From an uncultured Gemmatimonadaceae bacterium (lineage in GTDB: Bacteria > Gemmatimonadota > Gemmatimonadetes > Gemmatimonadales > Gemmatimonadaceae), in contig CAVZKH010000007.1 in the NCBI GenBank assembly GCA_963775915.1, forward strand, positions 435,774-499,773: DNA of 64,000 bases. Direction: 5' to 3'. This document shows positions 48,214-57,442 of this stretch, piece after piece. Under the pieces are notes generated by a model. That model saw only the letters and a list, made by a program, of their open reading frames with translations. It was not told where the DNA came from and did no database searches. Positions within the stretch are counted from its first letter, which is position 1. Each line of letters starts with the position of its first letter. The position numbers and the translations under genes were made by a program.

Positions 48214-48286
48214 GCGGGAATAGCTCAGTTGGTAGAGCACAACCTTGCCAAGGTTGGGGTCGCGGGTTCGAGTCCCGTTTCCCGCT
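48214..48286 (+). tRNA. tRNA-Gly (anticodon GCC)
   Basis: Cloverleaf read by hand: GCGGGAA / GCTC-AGTTGGT-AGAGC / CAACC-TTGCCAA-GGTTG / GCGGG-TTCGAGT-CCCGT / TTCCCGC-T. No encoded CCA. Confidence 0.92.
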
Positions 48287-48308
48287 CTCAGGGCGACGTG
48301 TAGAATGA

Positions 48309-48339
48309 GGAGCGGCTTCGGCCGCTCCTTTTTCGTTTT
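48309..48339 (+). terminator. Rho-independent terminator
   Basis: GGAGCGGC-TTCG-GCCGCTCC followed by TTTTTCGTTTT. Confidence 0.8.
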
Positions 48340-48349
48340 GCGGCCATCC

Positions 48350-48433
48350 GCCGGGGTGGCGAAACTGGCAGACGCGAGGGACTTAAAATCCCTTGGGAGC
48401 AATCCCATCCGGGTTCGAGACCCGGCCCCGGCA
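48350..48433 (+). tRNA. tRNA-Leu (anticodon TAA), long variable arm
   Basis: GCCGGGG acceptor, anticodon stem-loop AGGGA-CTTAAAA-TCCCT, variable arm, CCGGG-TTCGAGA-CCCGG, CCCCGGC-A. Confidence 0.9.
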
Positions 48434-48504
48434 TTCTGCAGTCCGGTCTCGCCCGCACTCGTCGCGACAGATGAAACGGGTGCCTCGACAGTTTATTTTC
48501 CGCG

Positions 48505-49332
48505 ATGCATTTCTTCCACTCACACTTTGGTCCCCGCGGGTTCGCGCTGACCGCCGTCCTGGCGGCCGCCGCCATGGCGTCCCCCGCCGCCGCACAGACC
48601 GGCGCCCCGGTCCCGCCCGCAGCCGCCCCCAAGCCGCCGGCCCCAGCTCCGCGACTCTGGAGGGGCTCGGCCCTGGCCAACGCCAGCGTCTTCTTCGGCA
48701 ACAACCAGCAGCAGGTGCTCGGCGCCGACGGCAAGCTGGCGCGCGTGGACTCCAACTTCGCGTTCGCCGGCGAGCTGCAGGCCCAGTACGGCGAGGCGTC
48801 GGTGGACGGCGGACCGCGCACGGTCACCAAACGGCTCTGGCTGGGGACCGTGACGGTCAACTACCGCCCGCTGGCGCCGGTCTCGAGCTTTCTCACCACC
48901 ACCTTCGAGTCGAACCTCGAGAAGCGTATCGCCGCCCGCTACAGCCTCGGCGCCGGCGCGCAGTGGAACGCGGTGCGGGACGCGGCCACCCAGGCCAGCC
49001 TCAGCCTGTCCCTGTCGGCGGAGCGGACCCTGCCGCTCGACACCACCGTGCACCTGCCGGCCGAACGGCTTGCCCGCTTCTCCTGGCTCGGCAAGCTGCA
49101 CCATGCGTTCGACGACCGCATGGAGATCGCCCACGCGACCTCCTGGCAGCCGACGACGACCGGCGGGTACCAGTACCTGATCTCGTCCACCACCGAACTG
49201 CGCTACAAGATGAACGGCACGGTCTCGCTGTCGCTGGCGTTCAACGACAACTACGACAGCGGCGCGCTGGCGCGCGGCGCCCGCACCTACAACGACGGCC
49301 AGATGCTCTTCGGGGTGGCCGCGGGCTGGTAA
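48505..49332 (+). CDS. DUF481-family outer-membrane protein (YdiY-like)
   Basis: 275 aa. Signal peptide ...ASPAAAQ, beta-strand periodicity, and a C-terminal LAFNDNYDSGALARGARTYNDGQMLFGVAAGW typical of DUF481. Confidence 0.75.
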   Translation: MHFFHSHFGPRGFALTAVLAAAAMASPAAAQTGAPVPPAAAPKPPAPAPRLWRGSALANASVFFGNNQQQVLGADGKLARVDSNFAFAGELQAQYGEASVDGGPRTVTKRLWLGTVTVNYRPLAPVSSFLTTTFESNLEKRIAARYSLGAGAQWNAVRDAATQASLSLSLSAERTLPLDTTVHLPAERLARFSWLGKLHHAFDDRMEIAHATSWQPTTTGGYQYLISSTTELRYKMNGTVSLSLAFNDNYDSGALARGARTYNDGQMLFGVAAGW

Positions 49333-49456
49333 CGGGGCGGGGCCGGGCGGCGCCGGGCCGCCGGTGGCGGCACCCGGGAATCGAACGACGCGCCCGTGGT
49401 CGATTCGTGACTGCCCGGCATCTCGCTTGCACGCCGCAACCTGATAACTTTGAGGG

Positions 49457-50452
49457 ATGACCGACGTCGTCGCCCTCGCCGCCGAGCTCCTCGAAATTCA
49501 ATCCACCAGCGGCGCCGAGTCCGGCGCCGTCGACTTCGTGTCGCGCTGGCTCGTGGCCCGCGGCTGGAACGTGGAATTGCAGGAAGTGGCCCCCGGCCGC
49601 GCCAACGTCTGGGCCAAGCGCTCGGGCGGCGGCGTCACGCTCTCCACGCACCTCGACACGGTGCCGCCCTACGTCTCGCCGCGGCTCGAAGGCAACCGCC
49701 TCTACGGCCGCGGCGCCTGCGACGCCAAGGGCATCGCCGCGGCGATGATGGTGGCGGCCGAACAGCTCGCGGCCGAGCGCGAGCACCGCGTCGACCTGCT
49801 GTTCGTAGTCGGCGAGGAGAAGAACTCCGACGGCGCCCGCGCCGCCAACCATCTGCCGGCCACGAGCCGGTTCCTCATCAACGGCGAACCCACCGAGAGC
49901 AAGCTCGCCAGCGGCGCCAAGGGCTCGCAGCGCGTCATCGTCCGCACGCGCGGCCGCGCCGCCCATTCCGCGTACGCGCACCTCGGCGTGTCGGCCATCG
50001 AGCCGATGCTGAAACGCCTGCCGACGATCCACGGCATTTCACTTCCGTCCGATCCGGTGCTCGGCGACACGACGCTCAACATCGGCACGATCCACGGCGG
50101 CACCGAGGCGAACATCGTGCCGGCCCTCTGCGAGAGCGAGATCATGTTCCGCCTCGTGGGCGACGTCGCGCCGCTGCGCGCCGCGGTCGAAGCGTGGGCA
50201 AAGGGCTGGGCCGAACTCGAATGGGGCTCGCACATCCCGCCGCAGAAGTTCCACACGCTGCCGGGGTTCGCCACCGCGGCCGTGTCCTACACGTCCGACA
50301 TCCCGCTGCTCGACCGCTGGGGCACGCCGCTCCTGTTCGGCCCCGGATCGATCACCGTCGCGCACACGCCCGACGAATTCGTGGACGTCGGCGAACTCCG
50401 CGCCGCCGTGGACGCCTACGCGCGCATGACGCGCGCCCTGCTGCAGGCCTGA
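49457..50452 (+). CDS. M20-family metallopeptidase (ArgE/DapE/LysK-type deacylase)
   Basis: 331 aa. [31 protein letters not shown]. Adjacent to the asd-lysC-dapBAD cluster. Confidence 0.8.
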   Translation: MTDVVALAAELLEIQSTSGAESGAVDFVSRWLVARGWNVELQEVAPGRANVWAKRSGGGVTLSTHLDTVPPYVSPRLEGNRLYGRGACDAKGIAAAMMVAAEQLAAEREHRVDLLFVVGEEKNSDGARAANHLPATSRFLINGEPTESKLASGAKGSQRVIVRTRGRAAHSAYAHLGVSAIEPMLKRLPTIHGISLPSDPVLGDTTLNIGTIHGGTEANIVPALCESEIMFRLVGDVAPLRAAVEAWAKGWAELEWGSHIPPQKFHTLPGFATAAVSYTSDIPLLDRWGTPLLFGPGSITVAHTPDEFVDVGELRAAVDAYARMTRALLQA

Positions 50453-50461
50453 CGCCGCCCG

Positions 50462-51537
50462 ATGCCGCCCACCCATTCGCCGAAACGACGCGTCGCGATT
50501 CTCGGAGCCACCGGCGCCGTCGGCCAGGCATTCGTGCGTCTCCTGGCGCAGCACCCGTGGTTCGAGATCACGGCGCTCGCGGCCTCCGAACGCTCGGCCG
50601 GCAAACCGTACGCCGAGGCCACGCGCTGGATCGGCGACGACGCGATTCCCTCGGCCATCGCCGACATGCCGGTGCTCGCCTGCGATCCGTCCGTGATCGA
50701 CGCCGACATCGTGTTCTCGGCGCTGGACGCGGCCGCCGCGGGCGACGTCGAACCCGCGTTCGCACGGGCCGGGCGGGTGGTGCTCAGCAACGCCAAGAAC
50801 TACCGCATGGATCCGGACGTGCCGCTGGTGCTGCCGGAGGTGAACCCGCACCACCTCGACGTGCTCCCGGCTCAGCGCGAGCGCCGCGGCTGGTCCGGCG
50901 CCATCGTCACCAACGGCAACTGCGCGGCAATCCCGGCGGCCATGGTTCTGGCCCCGCTGCACGAGCGGTTCGGCGTGCGGCGCGTGTTCATGGCCACCAT
51001 GCAGGCCGTCTCCGGCGCCGGCTATCCGGGCGTGCCCAGTCTCGACATCCTCGGGAACGTGATTCCGTACATCAAGGACGAGGAGCCGAAGATCGAGATC
51101 GAGATCAACAAGATGCTGGGGCACGTGAGCCACGGCGCCATCCGGCCGGCGCCGTTCGCCGTGACGGCGCACGCCAACCGGGTGCCGGTGGAGCACGGGC
51201 ACACGGTCTGCCTGTCGGTGGAGTTCGAGCACGAGCGCCGGCGCCGAGGCCGTGTCCTCGCTGCTGCGCGACTGGCGGGGCGCCGAGGAAGCGCGCGGCC
51301 TGCCGAGCGCGCCGCCGCGCCCCCTGGTGCGTGCGCGATGAACCCGACCGCCCGCAGCCGCGCCGCGACCGCATGGAAGGCAATGGCATGGCGCTCGTGG
51401 TCGGGCGGGTGCGGCCGGACCCGGTGTTCCACGTGAAGATGGTGGTCATGGCGCACAACATCATCCGCGGTGCCGCCGGCGCGTCGGTGCTCAACGCCGA
51501 GCTGATGGCGGCGCGCGGGCTGCTCGACCGCCCGTGA
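50462..51537 (+). pseudogene. asd: Aspartate-semialdehyde dehydrogenase, frame broken twice in this assembly
   Basis: [12 protein letters not shown] and the TNGNCAAI active site. The frame advances +1 at about 51236 and again at about 51330. The continuation ...[27 protein letters not shown] / [13 protein letters not shown]...[14 protein letters not shown] is found in the other two frames. Confidence 0.88.
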
Positions 51538-52898
51538 TCGTTCTCAAGTTCGGGGGCACGTCGGTCACCGACGCGGCGGCCATCCGGCGCGCCGCGGCCA
51601 TCGTGCAGTCGCGCGCCGACCGCCGGCCGATCGTGGTCGTCTCGGCGCTCGGCGGCGCCACCAATCTGCTGCTCGAGATCGCCGAGCAGTCGGCGCGCGG
51701 CCAGCTGATTCTCGCCCTGCGCAGCGTCGAGGCCTTGCGCCGGCGCCACCTCGAGGAGGCCGAAGCGCTGCTCGGGTCGGGGCGCGAGGCCGACGACGTG
51801 ATGGGCGAGATGAGCGCGATGTTCGACGAGCTGGCCAGCCTCGCGGGCGCGCTCTCGGTGCTCGGCGACCTCACCCCGCGCAGCCAGGACGCCATCGCCG
51901 CCATCGGCGAGCAGCTCTCGTCGCTGCTCGCGGCGGCGGCGTTCCGCCAGGCGGGGCTGCCGGCGGTGCACGTCGAGGCCCGTGACGTGATGATCACCGA
52001 CGACAATTTCACCAGGGCCGAGCCGCAGCCCGAGGCCATCGCCGAGGCGGCGCAGCGCATCGTCGCGCCGCTGGTGCGCGACGGCGAGATCCCGGTGCTG
52101 GGCGGCTTCATCGGCTCGTGCGCCGCCACCGGCGTCACGACGACGCTCGGCCGCGGGGGCGGCGACTACAGCGCGTCGCTCTTCGGCGCGGCGCTGCACA
52201 CCGATGCCATCGAGATCTGGACCGACGTGGACGGCATGCTCACCGCCGACCCGCGCGTGGTGACCGGCGCCCGTTTGATCGAGCGCATCGGCTTCGACGA
52301 GGCGTCGGAACTGGCCTCGTTCGGGGCCAAGGTGCTGCACCCGAGCACCATCGCCCCCGCGGTGCGCCTCGGCATTCCGGTCTACGTGCTCAACTCGCGC
52401 AACCCGGCGTCGGCGGGCACGATGATCACCTTCGACGCCCCGCGCCGCCCGGTGACGGCCATTGCCGGCAAGAACAACGTCAGCCTGGTGAAGGTGCGCT
52501 CGCCGCGCATGCTCCTCACCGAGGGGTTCCTGCGGTCGCTGTTCGAGATCTTCGAGCGGCACAAGACGTCGGTGGACGTGGTCGCGACGAGCGAAGTCTC
52601 CGTGTCGCTCACCGTGGACGACCCGTCGCATCTCGACGCGCTGATCGTCGACCTTCGTGGGCTCGGCGACGTGGCCATCGAGCGCAACCGCGGCATCGTG
52701 GCCGTGGTGGGCTCGGGCCTCAGCGACGGCGGAGTCTCGATGTCGCGGGCACTGGAAGCGCTGGGCGACGTTCAGGTGTACATGCTGTCGTTGAGCGCCA
52801 CCGGCATCAACCTGACCATCGTCGTCGACGACGAGCAGGTGAAGCCGGCCATGCAGCGGCTGCACGCCGCGTTCTTCCACGGAGGCAGGGCATCATGA
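51534..52898 (+). CDS. lysC: Aspartate kinase
   Basis: 454 aa. [20 protein letters not shown], and C-terminal ACT repeats. GTGA overlap with asd. Confidence 0.92.
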   Translation: MIVLKFGGTSVTDAAAIRRAAAIVQSRADRRPIVVVSALGGATNLLLEIAEQSARGQLILALRSVEALRRRHLEEAEALLGSGREADDVMGEMSAMFDELASLAGALSVLGDLTPRSQDAIAAIGEQLSSLLAAAAFRQAGLPAVHVEARDVMITDDNFTRAEPQPEAIAEAAQRIVAPLVRDGEIPVLGGFIGSCAATGVTTTLGRGGGDYSASLFGAALHTDAIEIWTDVDGMLTADPRVVTGARLIERIGFDEASELASFGAKVLHPSTIAPAVRLGIPVYVLNSRNPASAGTMITFDAPRRPVTAIAGKNNVSLVKVRSPRMLLTEGFLRSLFEIFERHKTSVDVVATSEVSVSLTVDDPSHLDALIVDLRGLGDVAIERNRGIVAVVGSGLSDGGVSMSRALEALGDVQVYMLSLSATGINLTIVVDDEQVKPAMQRLHAAFFHGGRAS

Positions 52899-53599
52899 CG
52901 CGTCTGGCGATCATCGGCATGGGCAAGATGGGCCACGCCGTGGAGCAGCTCGCGCCGGCACAGGGGTTCGAGGTCGTGGCGCGCATCGACCGCAGCGGCG
53001 GTGACGCCACCGAGGTCACGGCCGAGACGCTGAACGGCGCCGAGGTGGCGGTGGAGTTCACCACAGCCGAAGCGGCGCCCGAGAACGTCCGGGTCTGCGC
53101 CGCCGCGCGCTGCCCGGTGGTGGTCGGCACCACGGGATGGGACGCCAAGCGCCCCGAGGTGGAGAAATTCGTCCGCGAGGTGGGCGGCGCGATGCTCGCC
53201 GCGCCCAACTTCTCGGTGGGCGTGGCCGCGTTCATGATGACCGTCGAAGCGGCCGCCGACGCCATGCGCCTCGCCCCAGGCTTCGACGTCCACCTCATCG
53301 AAACGCACCACGCGCAGAAGAAGGATGCGCCGTCGGGCACGGCGCTGGCGCTGGCGCGTCTGGCCGCGGCCAGGCTCGGCCACGACGTGCCGATCACCAG
53401 CGTGCGCACCGGCGCCGTGCCGGGCACCCACGAGCTCGTCTTCGACGGGCAGTTCGAGCAGATCCGCCTCGTGCACACCACGCGCGACCGCCGGGTGTTC
53501 GCCGAGGGCGCCCTACGGGCCGCGCAGTGGCTGGTGGGCCGGCGGGGCATCTACACGCTGAAGGACGTGCTCACGTCCAACGGAGAATCGAGGCCATGA
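52895..53599 (+). CDS. dapB: 4-hydroxy-tetrahydrodipicolinate reductase
   Basis: ATG at 52895; 234 aa. IIGMGKMG, ETHHAQKKDAPSGTA. Confidence 0.92.
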   Translation: MTRLAIIGMGKMGHAVEQLAPAQGFEVVARIDRSGGDATEVTAETLNGAEVAVEFTTAEAAPENVRVCAAARCPVVVGTTGWDAKRPEVEKFVREVGGAMLAAPNFSVGVAAFMMTVEAAADAMRLAPGFDVHLIETHHAQKKDAPSGTALALARLAAARLGHDVPITSVRTGAVPGTHELVFDGQFEQIRLVHTTRDRRVFAEGALRAAQWLVGRRGIYTLKDVLTSNGESRP

Positions 53600-54486
53600 C
53601 CCACGCGAAGCTCACCGGTTGCGGCACCGCGCTCGTCACGCCGTTCACCGACGCCGGCGCGGTGGACGAGAAGGCGCTGCGCGATCTCGTCGAGTGGCAG
53701 ATCGCCGAGGGCATCCACTTCCTGGTGCCCTGCGGCTCGACGGGCGAGGCGGCGACCATGACGGTGGACGAACACCGCCGCGTGGTCGAGATCGTGGTCG
53801 AACAGGTGAAGGGCCGTGTGCCCGTGGTGGCCGGCGCGGCGTCGAACGACACCAAGAAGGCGATCCACCTGTCGCGCGAAATGGAGGCCCTGGGCGCCAC
53901 GCACCTGCTGCACGCCTCGCCGATGTACAACAAGCCGCCTCAGCGCGGCATCATCGCCCACTTCGAGGCGATCGCGCGCGAGACCAGCCTTCCGATCGTG
54001 ATCTACAACGTGCCGGGCCGCACCGGCAGCAACATCGAGGCGAAGACCACCCTGGCGCTGGCCCGCCACCCGAGCATGTGCGCGGTGAAGGAGGCGTCCG
54101 GCAACCTGAGCCAGGTGACGGACATTCTGGCCGGCCGTCCCGCGGCATTCAGCGTACTCTCGGGCGACGACGAGCTGACGCTCGCCATGATGGCCGCCGG
54201 CGCCGACGGCATCATCTCGGTGGTGTCGAACGCGACGCCGAAGCTCATGGCGCGGCTCGCCGAGCGCGCCGCGGCGGGCGACTTCGCCGGCGCGCGCGAA
54301 GTGCATTTCAAGCTGCTGCCCTGGATGCGCGCGGCATTCGTGGAATCGAATCCGCTGGCGGCCAAGGCCGCGCTGGCGATGATGGGCCGCATCCGGAACG
54401 TGCTCCGGCTGCCGCTCGTACCGCTGGAGGCGAAGCACGAGCAGGCGGTGCGCGCCGCGCTGCAGCACGCCGGAGCGCTGACCTGA
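53596..54486 (+). CDS. dapA: 4-hydroxy-tetrahydrodipicolinate synthase
   Basis: ATG at 53596; 296 aa. GCGTALVTPF, CGSTGEA, IYNVPGRTG, VKEASG. Confidence 0.93.
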   Translation: MTHAKLTGCGTALVTPFTDAGAVDEKALRDLVEWQIAEGIHFLVPCGSTGEAATMTVDEHRRVVEIVVEQVKGRVPVVAGAASNDTKKAIHLSREMEALGATHLLHASPMYNKPPQRGIIAHFEAIARETSLPIVIYNVPGRTGSNIEAKTTLALARHPSMCAVKEASGNLSQVTDILAGRPAAFSVLSGDDELTLAMMAAGADGIISVVSNATPKLMARLAERAAAGDFAGAREVHFKLLPWMRAAFVESNPLAAKAALAMMGRIRNVLRLPLVPLEAKHEQAVRAALQHAGALT

Positions 54487-55337
54487 TGGCGACCCTGGCC
54501 GAGCGCGTCGCCGAACTCGCCGCCACGCCGGCCGACCTTCCGCTCCCCGCGGAGGCGCAGGCGCTGGTGCGGGAACTGCTCGACGCGCTCGAGATCGGTG
54601 CCGTGCGCGCCGCCGAGCGCGACCCGGACGGGCGGTGGCGCGCCGTGCCCTGGGTCAAGCGGGGGATCCTGCTCGGATTCCGCGCCGGCACGATGGCCGA
54701 CATGTCGATTCCCGCCGGGCCCGGCGCCCGGTTCAGCTTCATCGACAAGGACACCTTCCCGTCACGCACCTTCGCCGTGGCCGACGGCGTGCGCGTGGTG
54801 CCGGGTGGGTCCACCATCCGCCGGGGCACGTACGTGGCGCCGGGGGTCGTGTGCATGCCGCCGATGTTCGTGAACGTCGGCGCCTAGGTGGGCAGCGGCA
54901 CGATGATCGACTCGCACGCGTTGGTGGGCTCGTGCGCGCAGATCGGGGAGCGCGTGCACCTGAGCGCGGCGGCGCAGATCGGCGGCGTGCTGGAGCCGGT
55001 GAACGCGAGCCCGGTGGTGATCGAGGACGACGTGCTGGTGGGCGGCAACTGCGGCGTGTACGAAGGCACCGTGGTGCGCGAGCGGGCCGTGCTGGCCGCG
55101 GGCGTCGTGCTCACGCGGGGCACGCCGGTGTTCGATCTCGTGCGCGAACAGGTGTACCGCGGCTCCGCCGACGCGCCGCTCGAGATCCCGGCCGGCGCCG
55201 TGGTCGTGCCCGGGTCGCGCGCCGTGACGGCGGGGTGGGGCGCCGCGCAGGGGCTGTCGCTCCAGGCGCCGGTGATCGTGAAGTACCGCGACGCCAAGAC
55301 CGACCTGGCCACGGCGCTCGAGGCGTGGCTGCGGTGA
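54486..55337 (+). pseudogene. dapD: Tetrahydrodipicolinate N-succinyltransferase with an in-frame TAG at codon 134
   Basis: The two ORF-track pieces (..54887 and 54888..55337) are contiguous in one frame. The junction reads [29 protein letters not shown], where DapD homologues have Tyr. Hexapeptide repeats follow. Confidence 0.88.
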
Positions 55338-55350
55338 CGGGAGACGCCCG

Positions 55351-56610
55351 GTGAAGGTCGGCGGCAGCGTTCGCGTGCCCGGCGACAAGTCGATCTCCCA
55401 CCGAGCGCTGATTCTCGCGGCGCTCGGCTCGGGCCAGTCGACGGTGCGCGACATCCTCGATTCGCACGACGTGCGATCCACCGCGTCGGTGCTGCGCGCG
55501 CTGGGCATCGACGTGCCGGCGCTCTCGCCGGTGATGACCATCTACGGCTCGGGGCGCGACGGCCTGCGCCAGCCCGGCCGCGACCTCGACTGCGGGAACA
55601 GCGGTACGACCACCCGGCTCATGGCGGGCGTGGTGGCGGCGCGCCCCTTCACGTCGCGCTTTGTGGGCGACGAGAGCCTGAGCCGCCGCCCGATGCGGCG
55701 CATCATCCGGCCGTTGGAGGCCATGGGCGCGCGTGTCCACTGCGAGCGCGGCGACGGACTGCCGATGGTCGTCTACGGCGCTGCCCTGCGGCCGATCACC
55801 TGGCGCACCGAGGTGGCGAGCGCCCAGGTGAAGGGCGCGATCCTGCTGGCCGGCCTCGTGGCCGGCGTGGCGGTGAACGTTTCCGAGCCCTTTCCGTCGC
55901 GCGACCACACCGAACGCATGCTCGCCGCGCGCGGGGCGGGGATCCGCGTCGACGGCGGCACCGTGTCGCTGGACCCGGTCACGGTGCTGCCGGCCGCGGA
56001 CGTGGACGTGCCCGCCGACCCGTCGTCGGCGGCGTTCTTCGCGGCGCTCGCCGCCATGGCCGACGGTGGCGACCTCGTGCTGCGCGACGTCTGCGTGAAC
56101 CCCACCCGCACAGGGTTCCTGCAGGTGTTGCGCCGGATGGGGGCGCGCGTCGAGATCGTGGAGGAGACGGTGCGCGGCGGCGAGCCGGTGGCCACGCTGC
56201 GCGTGAGCGGCGGGGCCCTGCACGGAACGGACATCGCGGGCGACGAGGTGCCGAGCATGATCGACGAGATTTCGCTGGCGGCCTGCGTGGGCGCCCGCGC
56301 CGAAGGCGTCACGCGAATCACCGGCGCCGGCGAGTTGCGGGTCAAGGAGAGCGACCGGATCGCCACCGTGGTGGCGAATCTCCGCGCGCTCGGCGTGGAC
56401 GCCGAGGAACTCCCCGACGGCATGGTGGTGCGGGGCGGCCGGGCACCGCTGCGCGGATCGATCGTGACCCACGGCGACCATCGGATCGCCATGGCGTTCG
56501 GCCTGCTCGGCGTCACCGACGGCGCGGCCATCGAGATCGACGATCGCGCGTGCGTCGAGGTGTCGTTCCCCGGATTCTGGGACATGCTCGCCGGCGCGGT
56601 GCGCGCGTGA
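55351..56610 (+). CDS. aroA: 3-phosphoshikimate 1-carboxyvinyltransferase
   Basis: 419 aa. PGDKSISHRA, CGNSGTTTRLM, LRVKESDR, DHRIAMAF. Confidence 0.93.
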   Translation: MKVGGSVRVPGDKSISHRALILAALGSGQSTVRDILDSHDVRSTASVLRALGIDVPALSPVMTIYGSGRDGLRQPGRDLDCGNSGTTTRLMAGVVAARPFTSRFVGDESLSRRPMRRIIRPLEAMGARVHCERGDGLPMVVYGAALRPITWRTEVASAQVKGAILLAGLVAGVAVNVSEPFPSRDHTERMLAARGAGIRVDGGTVSLDPVTVLPAADVDVPADPSSAAFFAALAAMADGGDLVLRDVCVNPTRTGFLQVLRRMGARVEIVEETVRGGEPVATLRVSGGALHGTDIAGDEVPSMIDEISLAACVGARAEGVTRITGAGELRVKESDRIATVVANLRALGVDAEELPDGMVVRGGRAPLRGSIVTHGDHRIAMAFGLLGVTDGAAIEIDDRACVEVSFPGFWDMLAGAVRA

Positions 56611-57300
56611 GCGCCAACCGGCTCGTCATCGCCATCGACGGCCCGGCGGCGTCGGGCAAGTCGTCCACCGCGCAATGGGTGGCCGAGCGGATGGGGATCC
56701 GCCACGTGGATTCGGGCTCGCTCTACCGGGCGCTGACGGCCGCCGCGCTGGCCGCCGGCCGGATCGTCGCCGGTGTGGAGCGAGGCCGCGGTGCTGGCGC
56801 AGGCGGGGCGGGTGTCGCTGGCGCCGGCGGGACGGTCGTTCGAGCCGCTCATCGACGGCCGGCCGGCGGGGGACGAGATCCGATCGTCCGAGGTGACGCG
56901 CCACGTGTCGGCGGTGGCGGCCATGGCCGGGGTTCGCGCGTGGGTGAACGCGCAGGTGCGCTCGGCCGCGGCGACGCAGGACGTGGTGGTGGACGGGCGC
57001 GACATGGGCACGGCCGTCTTTCCCGAGGCGCCGCTCAAGGTGTTTCTCGTGGCCGACCCGTGGGAGCGGGCCCGCCGTCGGCTGGTGCAGCGGCTGGAGC
57101 GCGCGCCGACCGACGACGAGGTGGCCGAGGAGACCGACCGGCTGGTGCAGCGCGACGCGAAGGACGCGACGCAGACCATGGCGGCCAGGGACGCGGTGGT
57201 GCTCGATACGACCTACCTGACGCAGGAAGAGCAGGTGGAGCGCATCGTGGCGCTGGCGCGGGCCGTAACTCACCGGGACGACGTCACTTCCGCTGGTTGA
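56607..57300 (+). pseudogene. cmk: Cytidylate kinase, frame broken once in this assembly
   Basis: IAIDGPAASGKSS...HVDSGSLYRA in the first frame, then a +1 shift between about 56763 and 56772, after which the sequence continues as ...WSEAAVLAQAG...VVVDGRDMGT...RRLVQ. GTGA overlap with aroA. Confidence 0.85.
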
Positions 57301-57325
57301 CGTCACCTTTTATCCAAGCTAGCTT
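57297..57325 (+). promoter_or_regulatory. Putative sigma-70-type promoter of rpsA
   Basis: TTGACG (57297..57302), 17-nt spacer, TAGCTT (57320..57325). Sequence match only. Confidence 0.4.
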
Positions 57326-57442
57326 TTAAGGCTCGCCCGGGGCCGTCCCAAATGGACGGTCATTGGGCGTCGGCAGTGTTCACCTCCAACCTCGCCGCGG
57401 CGAGCCACCAATCCGCGGATTCTCGGGAGATTTCCCTTTTCT

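Noticed and set aside
54885-54887. TAG in dapD as pyrrolysine or programmed read-through
   Set aside because: TAG terminates at least three well-supported genes in this window, and no pyl genes or read-through context are evident. A one-base change from a Tyr codon explains it.
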